Origin: Ginglymostoma cirratum
Lineage: Eukaryota
DNA: 64,000 bases
Direction of reading: 5' to 3'
Assembly: GCA_024137785.1 (NCBI GenBank)
Contig: JAHRHZ010000058.1
Span: forward strand, 11,838,427 to 11,902,426
Shown: in pieces, positions 49,095 through 63,050 of the stretch
How the letters are laid out: every line of letters starts with the position of its first letter
Numbering within the stretch: the stretch's first letter is position 1
Position numbers and translations under genes: made by a program
The notes under the pieces: generated by a model
What the model saw: the letters and a program-made list of their open reading frames with translations, nothing else
What the model was told of the DNA's origin: nothing
Databases searched by the model: none

Positions 49095-51494
49095 CTGGAG
49101 GACAAACAGGCAGAACTGCACGTCAGAACACTGCTGTAATTTTGACACTGAAGATTTTGTCCCATAAATATTGCAAGCTGGCATTTTGGAATCAACGCTT
49201 ACTTTAAGCCAAGCAAAGTCACACTGTCAAGCTAGTAAATCAGTAAAAGGCACAAAACACAATATTCCAAAAACTGAAGTGTGACAGTTAATTTTGCAAG
49301 TGGGAATCAAAGTATTTAAGGAAAACAGATCTGAACAAAATAGCTTAAGTGGCTTCAATTTAGTTCTCAGCAGACATTGTTCAAAATGTTGGGTGGGTGG
49401 GTGGGTAGGTAGTGTGCTCCTCCCCCCCCCCAGCTTCCTTTGGGACTTTGCTGGCAACAGTGCACTCATACTCATGGAAAAAAATTCCGTCTATTTGCTT
49501 TTGTCTCACTGTTAGCTCTCAGGCATGTCTTGACAAGAACTCAGTATTGCCGAGACGGTGGAGGAGGGGACAGGCAGTCATTTGTCAGTCTCTCAACCCT
49601 GAAATTTCTGTCAACTCAGCATCATTTGAGGGGCGAGGAAAGGGGAATTGATGATGTCACCCTTGAATCATCATTTCCAGAAACTTGCAATCTGTTTAGA
49701 TAGTGGGAGTAATAATGAGGTTACTGATCCAGAAATGTTATCTTCCACATAATTTAATTAAGACAGCCAGCACTGAAAACATCTGAAAAAAAAACTTGGA
49801 GTCAGCCAGCTTTCTGCAGGAAAGTAGAGGGGGAAAAAAAAAAAGGAAGAGTGGGAATAAATCTCATGAGCCAATTGAATTGTGACTATAGCTTGCAGAC
49901 ATACAAATCCTCCAACCTGCTGGCCTAACCTTGATCCTGCACTCCACTCAAAGTTAATAAAACAGCTTGTAATTTCTTTACTGTGAGAAAGGGAGGCAAC
50001 ACGCTAACACTACCAAGACGCCTGGAGAGGAGTGATCACAATTGTGATCACTCATTTTTGCTACATCTCCAAATTAGAACAGCCAAACAGTTTAAAAAAA
50101 CCAACATGACAAAGAAAATGAAGTTCATTTTTAATATCCTGAGCTTAAAAAAAAAGGGGGGAGACCCTTGGAGTCACAGTACAGCGAGTGGCAAAACCAT
50201 TAACTCCAAATATTTAGTGACTGATGGGAGTGAAACATCTGAATTGCCCAAGTTTATCTTCTTAAAATTAAGAAAAAGGTCTGTAGCCATCACACAACTC
50301 AATCTTCAGTTTTAGAAAAAAAAGGAACTTTAAACCGGATTAGCAAGAGTCAGTTGAAAGTTTACTTGCATGCGTAATACAAATACATGAATAACAGGCT
50401 AATGGCCAGTGCCCTTAGAGCTTCTTGGTTATTCTGCTATTTTACAAAGCTAACATAACCTTTCCCAAAAAGGATCTGTCAGCTTCTCTCAGACCCTTAG
50501 CTTTACCCACGTAAGGAAAGCTCATTCATGGAATCAGAGATAATGAAGGGTCATGGTGCACTTTAGCCTGGTGCTGGAAGACACCATTTTTTTTTCCCCC
50601 AATGTGCAAGTGATCCAATTAGGCATGGCTTTCAAGAGATCCAGATAACTAGCAGAATGGTGGCACTAAAATAGTTTGTAAAGGATACCTCATGACAGCA
50701 CAAGCTATGAAAAGTGACTTTTCTGGATGTCACATGATCAGCTAGACTTTACAAAACAAAAATTTAAGCTCAACATAAGTTTGAGATCCCAGAGATCAAA
50801 TTCCAATGGGAGGGCCTTCGTGCACAGGCCCAGCTCAATTGTAGAAATTAAAATGTTAAAAGGAATTATTTGATGGAACATCTTCAGTGTAAATTGATAT
50901 TACATTTTGGAATTCCATGAATTCAGTGGTTTTTCATATTCCAATCTTTGATTTGGGAAGTGACTTGTTTTGGTGGCTGTCTTCCTTAATGATTTCCGAC
51001 CTCCAACCCCAAACCCCCACCACTGGCACAATGTACAGCTACTTATGATGGAAACAGGCTTGTGGTTAACAAATGGTGTTGTGGGTTTCATTGTATCATT
51101 GCACATCTTGTGAGATACTAAAGGTCATGTTTGATGACCAGTTAACAGCCTTCTGTACAAAACATGCAAAGCCCCGCTCAGCCGCCGGCCACTCACGTCC
51201 GTTCTGTATGTGACGTACACACACTCACGGGAGGTGGAAAAGAAAATAAAAAAGTAGCTTCAAACATTTGCAAAAAAATCAAACAGTATGTAACCAGAGG
51301 GAGTAGCAGTGCTTGGGATGACTTGTATTGTTATCTGTTGACTTTGCCTATGGCTCAAAATGGTGCAGCTGGCCATGGAGGGAAAAACTGGGAGCTGTAT
51401 TTTACTGGTTTCACTGGTGTAAAACAGAAGTACTTTCAGCAATGGTCAATACGCTGACCAGTTTATTGAAAGGGAATTATTGATTACCCACAAA

Positions 51495-51680
51495 GTTCTT
51501 TCATGGGTCATGGGCACTGATGTCCAGGCCAGCATTTACTGCACATCAATTGCGCACAAGACACTGGTGAGCTGCCTTCTTGAACAGCTGCAATCCATGT
51601 GCTTTATGCCAGGACTTTTGATCCAATGATAAGGAATGCCTCTAGTTCCAAAGGCAGGCTGGTACAGGACTTTGACATAT
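51495..51680 (-). mobile_element. Old LINE 3'-end fragment (family of 2720-3592)
   Basis: ggccagcatttactgc...ggtgagctgccttcttgaacagctgcaatccatgtg. Confidence 0.55.
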
Positions 51681-54600
51681 TCAGATGGTCTTCCAATGCA
51701 ACTTGTCCACCTAGCTGGTAGAAGTCAAAAATATGCAGATATTCTGGAAAACTGTTTTTGCTCCAATTAAATGCACCCTCGTATGAATTGATTGTTCTTG
51801 TGCTATTTGCCATTCACCACAGGAAAAGCAGCTATTTATGGTATTGGGCCTGGAATATTAAAACTAGTGTAGAAGTAAAATTGAAATACCATTTAGTAAT
51901 CTAGTATCTGTAGTATAGTGTCAACGTGCATATGATCATGCCTTTAAAATGATAGGCAGAAACAAAGGATGGACAACATGCAAAGGGTTTGGTCTTTTAA
52001 TAAAAGGACAAACCAAACACTAATGGTAGCTGTATATAGTCCAACAAGAATCACCAGCAAGTCACTAAGACCAAACTTCAGCAAATTAAAAAACTAAACT
52101 TGTGTTTACATAGCCTTTCTGAACTGCTTTGACATGTTTCTTGAATGCTTTAAAAGCCTGAGATGTAACATTTTAAATACCAATATGCAGTAGAGAGAAG
52201 TGCCTCTACTAACATTGCTGTAACACATTGCCTTTTGGCACCTATGATCTCAGTTGTGGGTTGTGCAGGGTTCTGGGAGCTTTGAGGGACACTGGATGGG
52301 AGAATGGAAGATTGTTTTGTTTTGTTTACAATTCTTTAGAAATTTTAAAACTGCAAATTGAATATTCAGCACAAAATTGCACTTTAAGGGGTCTTCACAC
52401 TTCCGTTTTTTTTAAACTAACGAGACACTGGACTATCTTAGCCAATTCAGCACCACACTTATCAATAAAAGGAACAATAGACAGTTAGTTACGCAAGACA
52501 ACATCTAACTACAGGTTCAGCGCTTAAGGAAAAAGCCTGAAGGTCAAGGCCATCTATCTTCGAATCTAAAAATCAATTTTCTAGACCATGTGCTTTAGGT
52601 CAGTCTCATCCAAGGATTTTAGCTCTTCATTTCCGTGTTATATTATTATGTACTTGTTTACCAGGCAATGGGTAGTTTTAAAGATATACAGATGTCATTT
52701 AATCATACTAACCATCATGGAGATGAAATTGGACATACTCAGCACAAAAAATTTGAACAAATAGGGGAGTGATTAACCATTGTGATCAAGAGTATTTAGC
52801 AATTTAGTCAGACCAGACTAAAAACATGACTATACACCATGTCCAAGTTAGGTACTAAAAATCAGTGACGTAATCTCGGGGTCTGCAAATAGCGATAGAC
52901 CCAGACTTAAAATGTTTGAGCTGTTTCCTTGCTATTGCTCTAAAATTTGTTCTATTGGTGTTCTGTTCAGTCAAGATCCACCATGTAATCCTTCTGGAGA
53001 GCAGAAAGAACTTACACAAATCTACATTCATGTGTCCAGCACAGAACCTTCCCAGGAATTAAAAAAAAATTAAAATTCCATCTGAAGTTCCAGAAGTGGG
53101 CTAGAAATGTGAAATAATGATCAAAACTTGAAGACTGGTTCACTGTGTTCCAAGGGAAGGAATGTCTAATTTTTTAAAGTTGTTTTTAACCTCCACAGAC
53201 TGCTTCTTTCATTCTTGCTGCAGTTTTCTCATCACAACATTGAGCATTTCACATTAAGTCATACACAGATTAATTGTCTAAAATGCTCTGGTATTTCCTT
53301 GAGTGGGTGAAGACTTGAGCTGATCATAAATACCAGCATCAGCCCCTTGGGCTGAATGGCCTAGCTGCATGCTGCGAAATATATTTCCAATTAATACTCC
53401 AATCTTGTCAACGCCCCCAAGATTTAAATACTTGTTTAATTCTCTTTTCCCCATCAAATAAAGGTATTCCCCTGTGCTCTTGACAAGGGCTATTAAACAT
53501 GATTGGATAATCTAGTGTTAATATATTACACATTAATTCATTCCTGTTCAAATGTTTGGTAATGTGGTGCACACAAGCCCACTGCTCCACTACATTTGAT
53601 CTGCAAAAATAAAGCTAAGTAGGCAGCATATTGCATCAAGCACTTTCACCCAATCTTAAAATTCTCTTCCAAATACATCGATTTATCGTGAGCTTTTAAT
53701 ACTCATTAGTGTGGTCACTGGACATATCCTTAAAAAAGGAAAAAGAATGGACCAAGTACAACAATATAGTGTATGGTGGTATTCTACAAGGTCTATTTCA
53801 AAAATGTTTTAGTGCTGTACTCAGCAGAAAAAAAAACGCTCCTATTCATTTCTAGACTAAACCTAGCCAAATTCAGCTATAATCTATGCTTAATTGATAA
53901 GATTGAACAAAAATAATTTCAGGATAACTATAGTTGGAGTCCAGTCCATCCTGGGCTTTATTAGATGGTTTTAGTAAGGTGTGTACATGCAGCACACAGG
54001 ACTACCAAATGTACATATTGGCTGAACAATTTACAATGAAATGTTGCATTAAAAGCCTGAATGTTTCTCACATTCAGTGGCCAAAGGTCAAGCATTGGAA
54101 CAATTTTTAATCCAAATCCACAGTGTTCTGCCTCATGAGCAAGCTGGCTGAGAAAGAAAGAAGTTATTATATTGTGACCCAACATATATTTTTATTAACC
54201 TCCAGAACTACAGGGGGATTTAAAAAAATAAAACAATGTTTAGTTTCATTGTAGGATACCCTGATTGAAAAAATGTTTTCTTCATTTTAGATTTTTCTGG
54301 TTCAACTTTTCAGTATTCCACACACAAAAGTAGACTTAAGTTTTGCAGATGTTGTAACGGCAGGAAATGTGTTGCTATCCTGAAATTTGTGAAGGACATT
54401 CTGTACTTTTGAAAACACTCAGATTCATAACTCTTAAAGAACTGCCAACAGTATTTTAAGAGGGAGAAAGCAAAGCACTGAAGAAAAAGAGACAAAATTC
54501 CTCACTGAACAGTAAAAATTTACCTTTTGGTGGTAAGCTGTCATACAGAGAAAGTGTATGTCGTTTCATGCATGCACAGTCTCTTATTTTTCAACTTAGC

Positions 54601-57600
54601 AACTGCTTCAGACCAGTGAAAGCTAGCTTTGTGTGGTTAGTTGGTTTTAGTTTAAGTTCCTAGGCTGAAGTCCTTTTTCAAAAAAAAAAGGAACTGTATT
54701 AAATAAATGTAGTCGGAGTCATTAGCCTGCTGTCTAGTAGTGTTTCAACATTTATAATGTTTTTAGAAAAAAAGTGGCTAAAAACCCAAGACTGACTCAG
54801 TCAGCTGCCTCTGGCTTGAACAATAAATTTGCATAATTTTACAGGCTTGTTTTCAATTATGAATTACACAATAGGGTGAAATGCAATTTTAACCTAAATC
54901 AGGGCTGTACAAGGAAAATGTCAATTAAAAATCTAACAAATTTGCTGTATTAATTCATCATAAGAGAACTGGTAATGGCCTTGCAGCTGACATTGTCATG
55001 AAATTAAATAATCCTGCCTGTTCTTGCACAATAAACAGAAGCCTTGATAGGCAGAAATCAATACTAATGCAGTGGTACAACTATCAGGACATTTCCCCCT
55101 TTCACAGGGCTGGTAAAAATCTCATGATCTGTTTATTTTATAAAAATAATTTGTGGTTGGAAGATTGATGATGTCAGCAACTTTTACACTGCACTAGGGA
55201 AAGCAAGATAATAGGACTTGTCATTTACAGCATTAAGGAGCCTACTGAACAAGTTCATTAACATTTAATGAGAAACACAAGGAAGAGAGAGTTCAAGGAG
55301 GATGTGCCTTTATCTCCTAGCCACTTTGTACTGTGTTTGAAGCTGTGCTGGTTCGCAAACTAACTTGTACTTTTCCATTGTGGTAGGTTATAACATGGCT
55401 TTTCTGTAAATGCTTATGCTATGGCTGTCAACAAGGGGAGACAACAAATTGTCTGAAACACTTCAGCTTGGTGTTGTGAACAAAAATTTGTCTGTATTAA
55501 ACATCTGAAAGCAGTTTTATTGTCAAAACCATTTCAGAATCCAGTAATGAAATATTGCTTTTTGAGCGTGAGCATTTTGTCTGTTTGGTAAATTGAAGAC
55601 TCAGGATCAAACCTATGCCTAGTTAGCAGTCATAAATCTCTTGGTTAAAAAGAGTTGGGAATCCAATACAAAGTTTAAAAAATTGCTCATCTACTTAGCA
55701 ATCAATCATCAGATTGATTAATGTTAAATCAGTTTGAGTGGTCTTCTTTTGGAAGAAATTTAGTCACTGCTTTAGTGGCCTTTTGGAACTGAAGGCTGAA
55801 AAAGTCAACAGTTGGTAATTCTATACTGTTATTTAAAATTTCTTCACAAATTGTGAAGTGTGACTGGATTGGCTTGTTATCAGAGAATTGAAATCCACAC
55901 AATGAGTTCTACTGCTTAGTCTTGATTTGTTGACAAAGACATTGCAAAGATTTTTCTCTAAAGGCTTGCAATGTAGTGGATTGTATAATTAAAAAGTAAA
56001 GAGTAATGGATTTTAAATCCACATGCTTAGATGAAACAGTTTTAAGTGTTCATGCTTCCTACTTCAGTTGCTTGTCAAAACTTTGATTAATATAGTCTGT
56101 TATGCTTAAAATGTTTTTTACTCCAACATTTTTTAAAAAGTTAACTGTATCAATCTTCAGCATTTCTCCTTAACTGCTTGCTTCTGTTAAGCGGTATTAA
56201 AATCACTTTTTTGATGTTCAATTAGACAATAGAATGAAATACCATCCTCTTTTATTCAGTTGAGAAGTATAAAGAGCAAGAAACTAGCCAATGATGAAAA
56301 TTGTGTCAGGAATGTGTCATTGTAAACACCTACCATGCAGGTCCCAAGATGTGGAGCTGCACATTTAGATGAACTGGTTGGAATAGAAAGGGCACATCTT
56401 TGTTCGCACCCCTTCATGTTCCCAGCCTTAGTTCATGTTAAGCTCATTGAAGACCATTTGCCTGGAAATTTAATTGATGCTAATTCAAACTCCCATCTTT
56501 AAGTGCATTAGTTTCAAGAATTGTATCTCCCCGAAGGTAAAAAGCCCAACAAAAGTTACAAGACATCTTCCTGCACCACAAGTGATTTAGTTTGTACCAG
56601 CTGTTGTAACGCAGTGGACAGTTCAGGAAAGTCACTAGCATAGCCCTTGATCTAAGCAGAGGGGGTGTGGAATAAACAGTTAGCACCAATAACCAATGAT
56701 CAGCACCCCTGCTCATGCTTACTGTCCTACAGCAAGCCAAACTGGTATTTAGAGTCTGGTGCACGGATTGGACTAAGTTTGACTGCAAAGTTCTCTTTAC
56801 CAAATTGTGCATCAACTCATTGGCAATCACTTGGGGAATAAATGTGGAGTTTTTCAAGACTGTATTAAGCATGATTTGACATATTCATAAGACTAAAAAG
56901 GAGCAAACATCAAACAGGTGAAATAAACCTAAATTTACATCTCATGCATCAACACAAGTGACTGTTGTTTTACTAATTTGTTCTTAGTTGGGTGCACTCT
57001 TCAACAAACCCACAATTCAACTGCCTTTCTTGCTTTTAAAAAAAAGCAGCAGATTTGTCTGTGCTTGGAACATAAAGAGTGGAGAAAAATTGCCTCTGGC
57101 CAAAAGCAGCTTCAGGGTGCTTAAGAAAAGTTGCTTCTTGTAATGTACAACCTCAAAATATAAATTATGATCCACAAATAGGAAACTGAATACCCTGGTG
57201 GAAAGGTTACTGAAAAGGCTACGTGACCAGAGTAGAACAAATGCTATACAGTACGGCCCATGGACACAACCAAGTTATTCATTACCTTGCATTTCCATGA
57301 CATAAAACAGCAAAAAACAAACAAAAAACTTCACATCGAGGAAAAATATCCCATTCTGCTACATTTGTACCCTCAAACAATACAAAATTTTAAACTTGTT
57401 TTCTTAAAAAAAAAAAAAAGATTTTTGATTTACTTTAGGCATTCTTGCCTTTTTTGTGGGGAGAAAAAAAAAGTAACCCCACTGAGCCAAGTCATTAGAT
57501 GTATTCTTAATGGGACATTGAACAAAAGTACTTTCATAGTGGTTTATTCAGTAGCTCATGCTGCCAGCAAAATGGGAAGCTGACTGTACTTCAGATGTAG

Positions 57601-58554
57601 TTGAATTTGTCCACAAATTCTGACTAGGAGGGACTGTGTCAGATTTAGCAAGCATTTTAATGTATAGCTGCCCATTTCCTATGGATTTCTGAATCAGAAA
57701 TAGTGCAATACTTAGCTTTGTTCAAAGGAGTTGGGATTAATATACTAGATGGAAGAATGCTTTAACATTGGTTTGGATCAAATGATGGATCTAATGATGG
57801 ATCTATGCTGAAAAGCTCTCCAGACAGGTTTGCATATGTTGCATTCCAACTAGACAGGCTCACAGCATGTCTGAACTCCCGATTCTAAATGCATCTCTTC
57901 ACAGAATTCAATTGTTAGCTGCTCAATTATTGATTGTCATGAGGTTTAGCTTCACCTTCCAGACAGAAGTGGCAAAATGGATTACAGAACACATCTTCAG
58001 AAGAAGTGTATCACACGATTTGCTGATACTCAAATGTGGTAGAAAAGGTGTATTGACAAGAAACATACACAAATGGCTTGAATGAAATTACTGTTGCGAA
58101 TGGCTGGAAGCGAGTGTGTTGGTTTGAAATAGGAAGCAATTCTATGTGATCAAACAGTACTGAGTTAGTCAATCATTATGAAAACACTGATTTTCTTTTC
58201 AAATGCCATGGTTCTACTTTTGTAGAACCAGATAAAAATAGTAAGTGACCCCTCAGACCAAAAACAAAGTACTATTTAATTGAAAAAAATGTTCTATTTG
58301 TGTAGCGTAGGAATTATATGCTTAAATAAAGACGGCAGAGAAAGATATTTATAGAAATGCATGTCTAGAGTTTAGGGTTGTGGAGGAAAAAAAAGAGTGA
58401 AAGTGCAATTCTTGCACAATTCCCATAATAAGAATCATTTCCAGACATCACAGCATGCAAATGGACATCTTCCAGGTAAATTTCTCCAGTGCAAGCCGAT
58501 GAGTGATGATGATGCCCTCTTCCAACGCCATGTTCAATTGAACTGAATGGAACA

Positions 58555-58568
58555 TTTGCCATGGCAAC
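58555..58568. promoter_or_regulatory. RFX X-box-like palindrome
   Basis: TTTGCCATGGCAAC matches the consensus GTTGCCATGGCAAC at 13 of 14 positions; a GC box (ggggcggg) lies ~15 nt away. Confidence 0.45.
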
Positions 58569-60234
58569 AGCTTTGGTTCTGGTGGGGCGGGATGACAGCA
58601 CCTTGAACTCATGCACGAACCTCAGTTCTCAAAAACGGAGATAATTCTTTTGTTTAAAAACAGGAGCCTGAAAGTGAGTTTTCACAATCTAGAATGAAGT
58701 TATAACGGCCAGTGTAACCTTTCTTAGGCGCAGGGGAGAAAAAAAAAAGAAACGAGTTAGATTCGCCTTTGTGGTCCAGCTTATTGTCAAAACCCCATGT
58801 TTGATTACGGGTCATTGCGACACTTGGTGCAGACTGAAGTACTGTTATAGCAGTATGGTACACTCCGTCTGGCTCACTTGTTTGCGCTGTACAGCTGTAA
58901 GCCTCAACACAGCTCTCGAACCGACAGCGGGTGTGTGAACCACCTCCCACCTTACATCATCTCCAAGCAGCTTGGTCTGTGCAGAGGCTGCAAATGAAGT
59001 GGCTGCACCTGGAGCAGGGAGGAGCGTGTTAAGGGCACAGGCTGACCCTGGTTAGGGCACTGACTACACAGACTTTGCACTGTATGAAAAGGTCCAGACA
59101 ACCCCTGCGGATTCCATCATGCGACACTCGCCTTTCTTCTTTTCCAGACGTGGTAATCCAAAGAATATACTTAAGATCACCAGCAGCGTAATTATCCACC
59201 AGCTTCTCAGTCTCTTCTCCCTACCCCATCCCCTCTGTTCAGAATTCTCCCAATGCTGAACATTAATAGGCAGTGTTTTTTTTTTAAAAAAAAGCAAAGA
59301 TTAGATTTCAGAGAGACCCCTTGTTATGACTACCTCCTAATTCCATCAAACTGATCTAAATCCGCATTATTAGGAGCTGGAGTCTGGAGAGATTGCAGAT
59401 GCCTTTTAGTGCTTTGGTAGAAAGACAGCTTTTTTTGAAAAAAAACCCCACAGATTTTCAAATAGCTCCTCTTCCGATATGGCGATGATTGTATTTTGGC
59501 AACAAACAAATTTAAAGCCGACTTGTTTGCCTGAGTTATTTAGATTTTTGTTTAATTTCTAAACTGACAGGAGTAAACAGGTAGTGTCTTCTGCAGGCAC
59601 ATCTAACTGCTGGGGGGGGGGGGGGGGGGAGAAAGAAGGGGCAGGTCAGTCACTATTCTCCTGGTGGTATTTCCCTTGTTCTAATCCGTAATAGATGAAG
59701 CCTCTCCGCCCCCCAAAAGTAAACACGGCCTTACTGCCAGTAAGTTACTGGTCTGACTGGCACTGAAATCCAGGTAGAAGGAAGGTGCGAGGGCGAGGTC
59801 GGGGAACAACACTTGTACGGTTATCCAGGCCCCCCCCCCAAAAAAAAGTCCACAAATCGGACCAGCACCTTGTCCTTTCAAGGCCAAAAATTGTCTGTGT
59901 GCGCTTAAATCACAGCTGTAGCACGATTCAGTTGGTCACCACAGAAAGTAGTAGTTAAATTCTTTCCCTCTGGTGGAAATCATTTGCTTTCAAAGATCCA
60001 GACTGACCAGTGAAGGGGGTATTTTGTCTAGAGATGACGGTATGGAATGCCTGGTAAATTAGCCAGGCATCAGCAATTCTTTAAAAAAACCTATTTGGTG
60101 TCAGCCATGCGCTACTCCAGCCAGCTTTTAAGGAAAAAATGCAAATCGTTGATTATAAATCATCCGGTGTACGGTGGGAATCAGCTTGGAGGTAATACTT
60201 TTAAAAACACCAGAATTATTCTCGTATAGACAGC

Positions 60235-60380
60235 AGCCATTGGCCCGTAGTGCCTGTACCGGTCAATTTTAATATGGTGCCAATCTGCTTTCCTTCCCCT
60301 TGTATACTACATCTAAAAATTGTCCACCTGAATGCCCCAATTGAATCTGCCTCCACGTTACCATTCCAAGCCTCGCTCAG
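60235..60380 (-). mobile_element. Old CR1/L2 3'-end fragment
   Basis: gccattggcccgtagtgcctgtacc...aattgaatctgcctccac...ccattcca; the translated remnant AWNGNVEADSIGAF resembles the CR1 ORF2 end. Confidence 0.5.
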
Positions 60381-62143
60381 CATTTGTATCTGGCGCAGTC
60401 CCTCCATTTGCAAGCTCTCACTTTCAACCGCTTCTTCCATTCTCTCCCCTATCCTCCCTCCCTAAAGGAAAACACTACCGAGTGAATCAAGGGGGTGACA
60501 AAGTTTTAATGGGGACGTCTGCACGTCCATAACTAACAGCTCATTACAGAGAGGATTTTAATCGCAGCAATACTGAAACAAGTGAATGGAAATGTCTGGA
60601 ACACATCAATTAATTCAATCTGTTTGCTCCCCAGCAGCAGCCCCGGAGCTTTCATATAAATGAGTTGTCAAACGGAACGGCCTTGAAATAAAGCATGTCA
60701 GGATTGCAAAAATATTTAGTTTTTTTTATCCCCCCCCCCCCGACCCCGTTCCCCCCTCTCCAGTGACTATTCCAAGAGGAGACAAAGACCAGCTTGATCC
60801 CTGTAAATGTTACAATGCTCCCACTGATTGCCACATGAGCCTTTCCTCTGCATATGGTCAATTAGTATTGAAAATACTCAGCTGATTCCATTTTCTGGAA
60901 ATTTTAAGCACGGCCTTATGTGCAGGAAGAATGATGTTATTGAAAGGAAGAATCTCATCTAAATAAAAAAGGGCACATGGCCATCTGGTCTGGTCAAACT
61001 CTGTACAAAGTTTATGGTAGTACTTATAACGGGAGGGCTTGCCGTGGTTGTGGTGAACGTGCAGATCTCAGATTGACATCAATCGGTGTGTGTTTTAAAC
61101 AGGAACTCGGGAGGAAATAAATGCTCGCTCTAGTTAACTCTCTGCAACGAACAGAAGCCCACAGTCGCCGATCTCGGTGCAGTAGGAATAGACTCGTCAT
61201 ACATTGCGTGCGTCCAGGCTCCTCGATTGTAGGGAGAGAGATCTGGCTGCTGGCCAGACAGGCGAGAGCTCTGTTGATCGTTATGTCTAGCCTTCAGGTG
61301 TCTTAGCTCTCAGTGGGTGGGGGCGGGAAGAGAGAAGAGGAGGAGCTACAGATGACATGATGGCAGACAAAGAAAAAAGGGGAGAGAACGGGGGGGGGGA
61401 GAATAATTTGGCTTAAAATGAAATAACGATCATATTTCCCTAAGTTATTATTATTTTTGATTTAGTTTTAGCTGAGCTCTAAGGTGGATTTAAGAATGTC
61501 TATTTAAAAATTCAGATCGCTGCAGGATTTGAGCTCAGTACTGAAAGACAGGACAGGACAGGAAAGATTAATATAAACCAAAAAGAAAAATCCTCCTCTT
61601 TGCCCTTTGTTTGAATTTCAAAAGCTCCTCAGCTGTGTCCCTGAAAGCTCCAGTCCTTTCAGTAACTCATTGTAAGCCAAACTCTGGGAGCTGGTTGGAC
61701 AGGGCTGTACCCCTTCGTGGCAGGGTCAGTCGAGTTTGTTCTACTTAGTGCTGGCGGTGGAACTGATTGGACACGGAGAATGTGTTATCACATGCAGCCC
61801 ACTTCATCTCATCCCGCACCCTGAATAATGCAGTGGGCTGGTTTTTTGTGTTTTTTTAAAAAAACCGTCTGTGCTGCAGTCAGACAGACAGTTCCCTCAG
61901 GCAGCCGACGTTCTCCCCTGCACCAGCACCTCCTCCCACCCCTCCCTCTCAGGAGAAGGGATCTAAGGTTACCCTGCGGTACGTGAGCGGTTTTCAAAAC
62001 TTCCTTAAAAAAAAACCAAAAGCGGTCGTCTGACATTGTTAAGCCTTGTCACTTAACAAGAGTCACACACAAATGACAGATCTTTTGGAGCTGTGTAGTG
62101 AAGCGATCTCAGAAGCCAAGTGTATCTAAAAAAAAATACTTAC

Positions 62144-62340
62144 AGTTCAGTTGCCAAAATAGACTCTCATCAATTTTCTTCAAGCTGTCCAGTGCCTCAT
62201 TTGATTTGGGTACGGACTGAGTAGGGGGAAGAGAAGCAGGAAGCTCCATTAATTATACAAAGAAACATATTTCAATTTAAAGCTACTTCAGTCAGGCACT
62301 TGTGTGCAGGAACCCCAGTACTCTTACTATTGCTTCTATC
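62144..62340 (-). other. Candidate non-coding first exon
   Basis: Starts ~25 nt downstream of a minus-strand TATA-like box and ends at the donor ACT|GTAAGT (plus acttac 62138-62143). Confidence 0.45.
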
Positions 62341-62354
62341 TGATGCACTGAATT

Positions 62355-62512
62355 GAACTATATAATGCCCATGTGAAAGACAAGGGGTGGGGGGAAGAAG
62401 TCACGTGTGGCACATAGCTACGCACTATTGGCTCAGCTGATCAGCCTTTAGCAATACATCTCTTTCTTCTATTGGCTGTGTCGAGAGATTGATAGCATGC
62501 GGTCCCGCCCAG
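62355..62512 (-). promoter_or_regulatory. Core promoter: TATA-like box, E-box, two CCAAT boxes, GC box
   Basis: Minus-strand TTATATAG at 62358-62365; CACGTG at 62402-62407; CCAAT (plus attgg) at 62427-62431 and 62471-62475; cccgccc at 62504-62510. Confidence 0.6.
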
Positions 62513-62917
62513 TGAGTGCCTCTTTCACAGAAGAATGACGGTGTGGGAGTTGGAGTGACAAGGGAATTAGCTGGGAAAAGATCTGAAGCCATCATTAGGC
62601 AGAGGTCAGAGGAGGAGGAATGAGCAGCTTAACTGGTTTAACAGTGACTATATCATTGTTGCTGGTTTGTGAATGGCCAACTCGTGCACAGGACACAGCG
62701 AGGGCCAATGATCAGCTCCGTTTTAAACTCTCATCATAACTTTCAAATGACAGAAATCTCAATTGCAATCTAGATTAATTCTGAAGAAATCCAATGATGT
62801 AATGCACTGCAAACAAGGAGTCTTAAACATCACATTATTTTAGGGATGCATCTAATTGAAATGTCATTTAAGAATGACATAACGCAAAGGATGCTAAAAT
62901 TAAAACAATGTTCTTAC

Positions 62918-63050
62918 CAGTTGGTGTTTTCACCTTTTGAGCTGCGCTCCCGTTCAGATCATTAACTATCTCCTCACTCTTTAGAAGCCTTTTACAATGC
63001 CAGTCTTCTTGCCAGAGTTGGGGTGGTTCATGACGCACCAAAGATCCCAT
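62918..63050 (-). CDS. Candidate first coding exon or uORF: MGSLVRHEPPQLWQEDWHCKRLLKSEEIVNDLNGSAAQKVKTPT + G (phase 1)
   Basis: ATG at 63050 with +4 G; open for 133 nt to the donor CTG|GTAAGA; within the CpG-richer promoter region. Protein not recognised. Confidence 0.45.

Noticed and set aside
58365-58616. 83-aa ORF with an HHHH tract
   Set aside because: The tract comes from a short (GAT)n repeat; there is no splice donor or homology.
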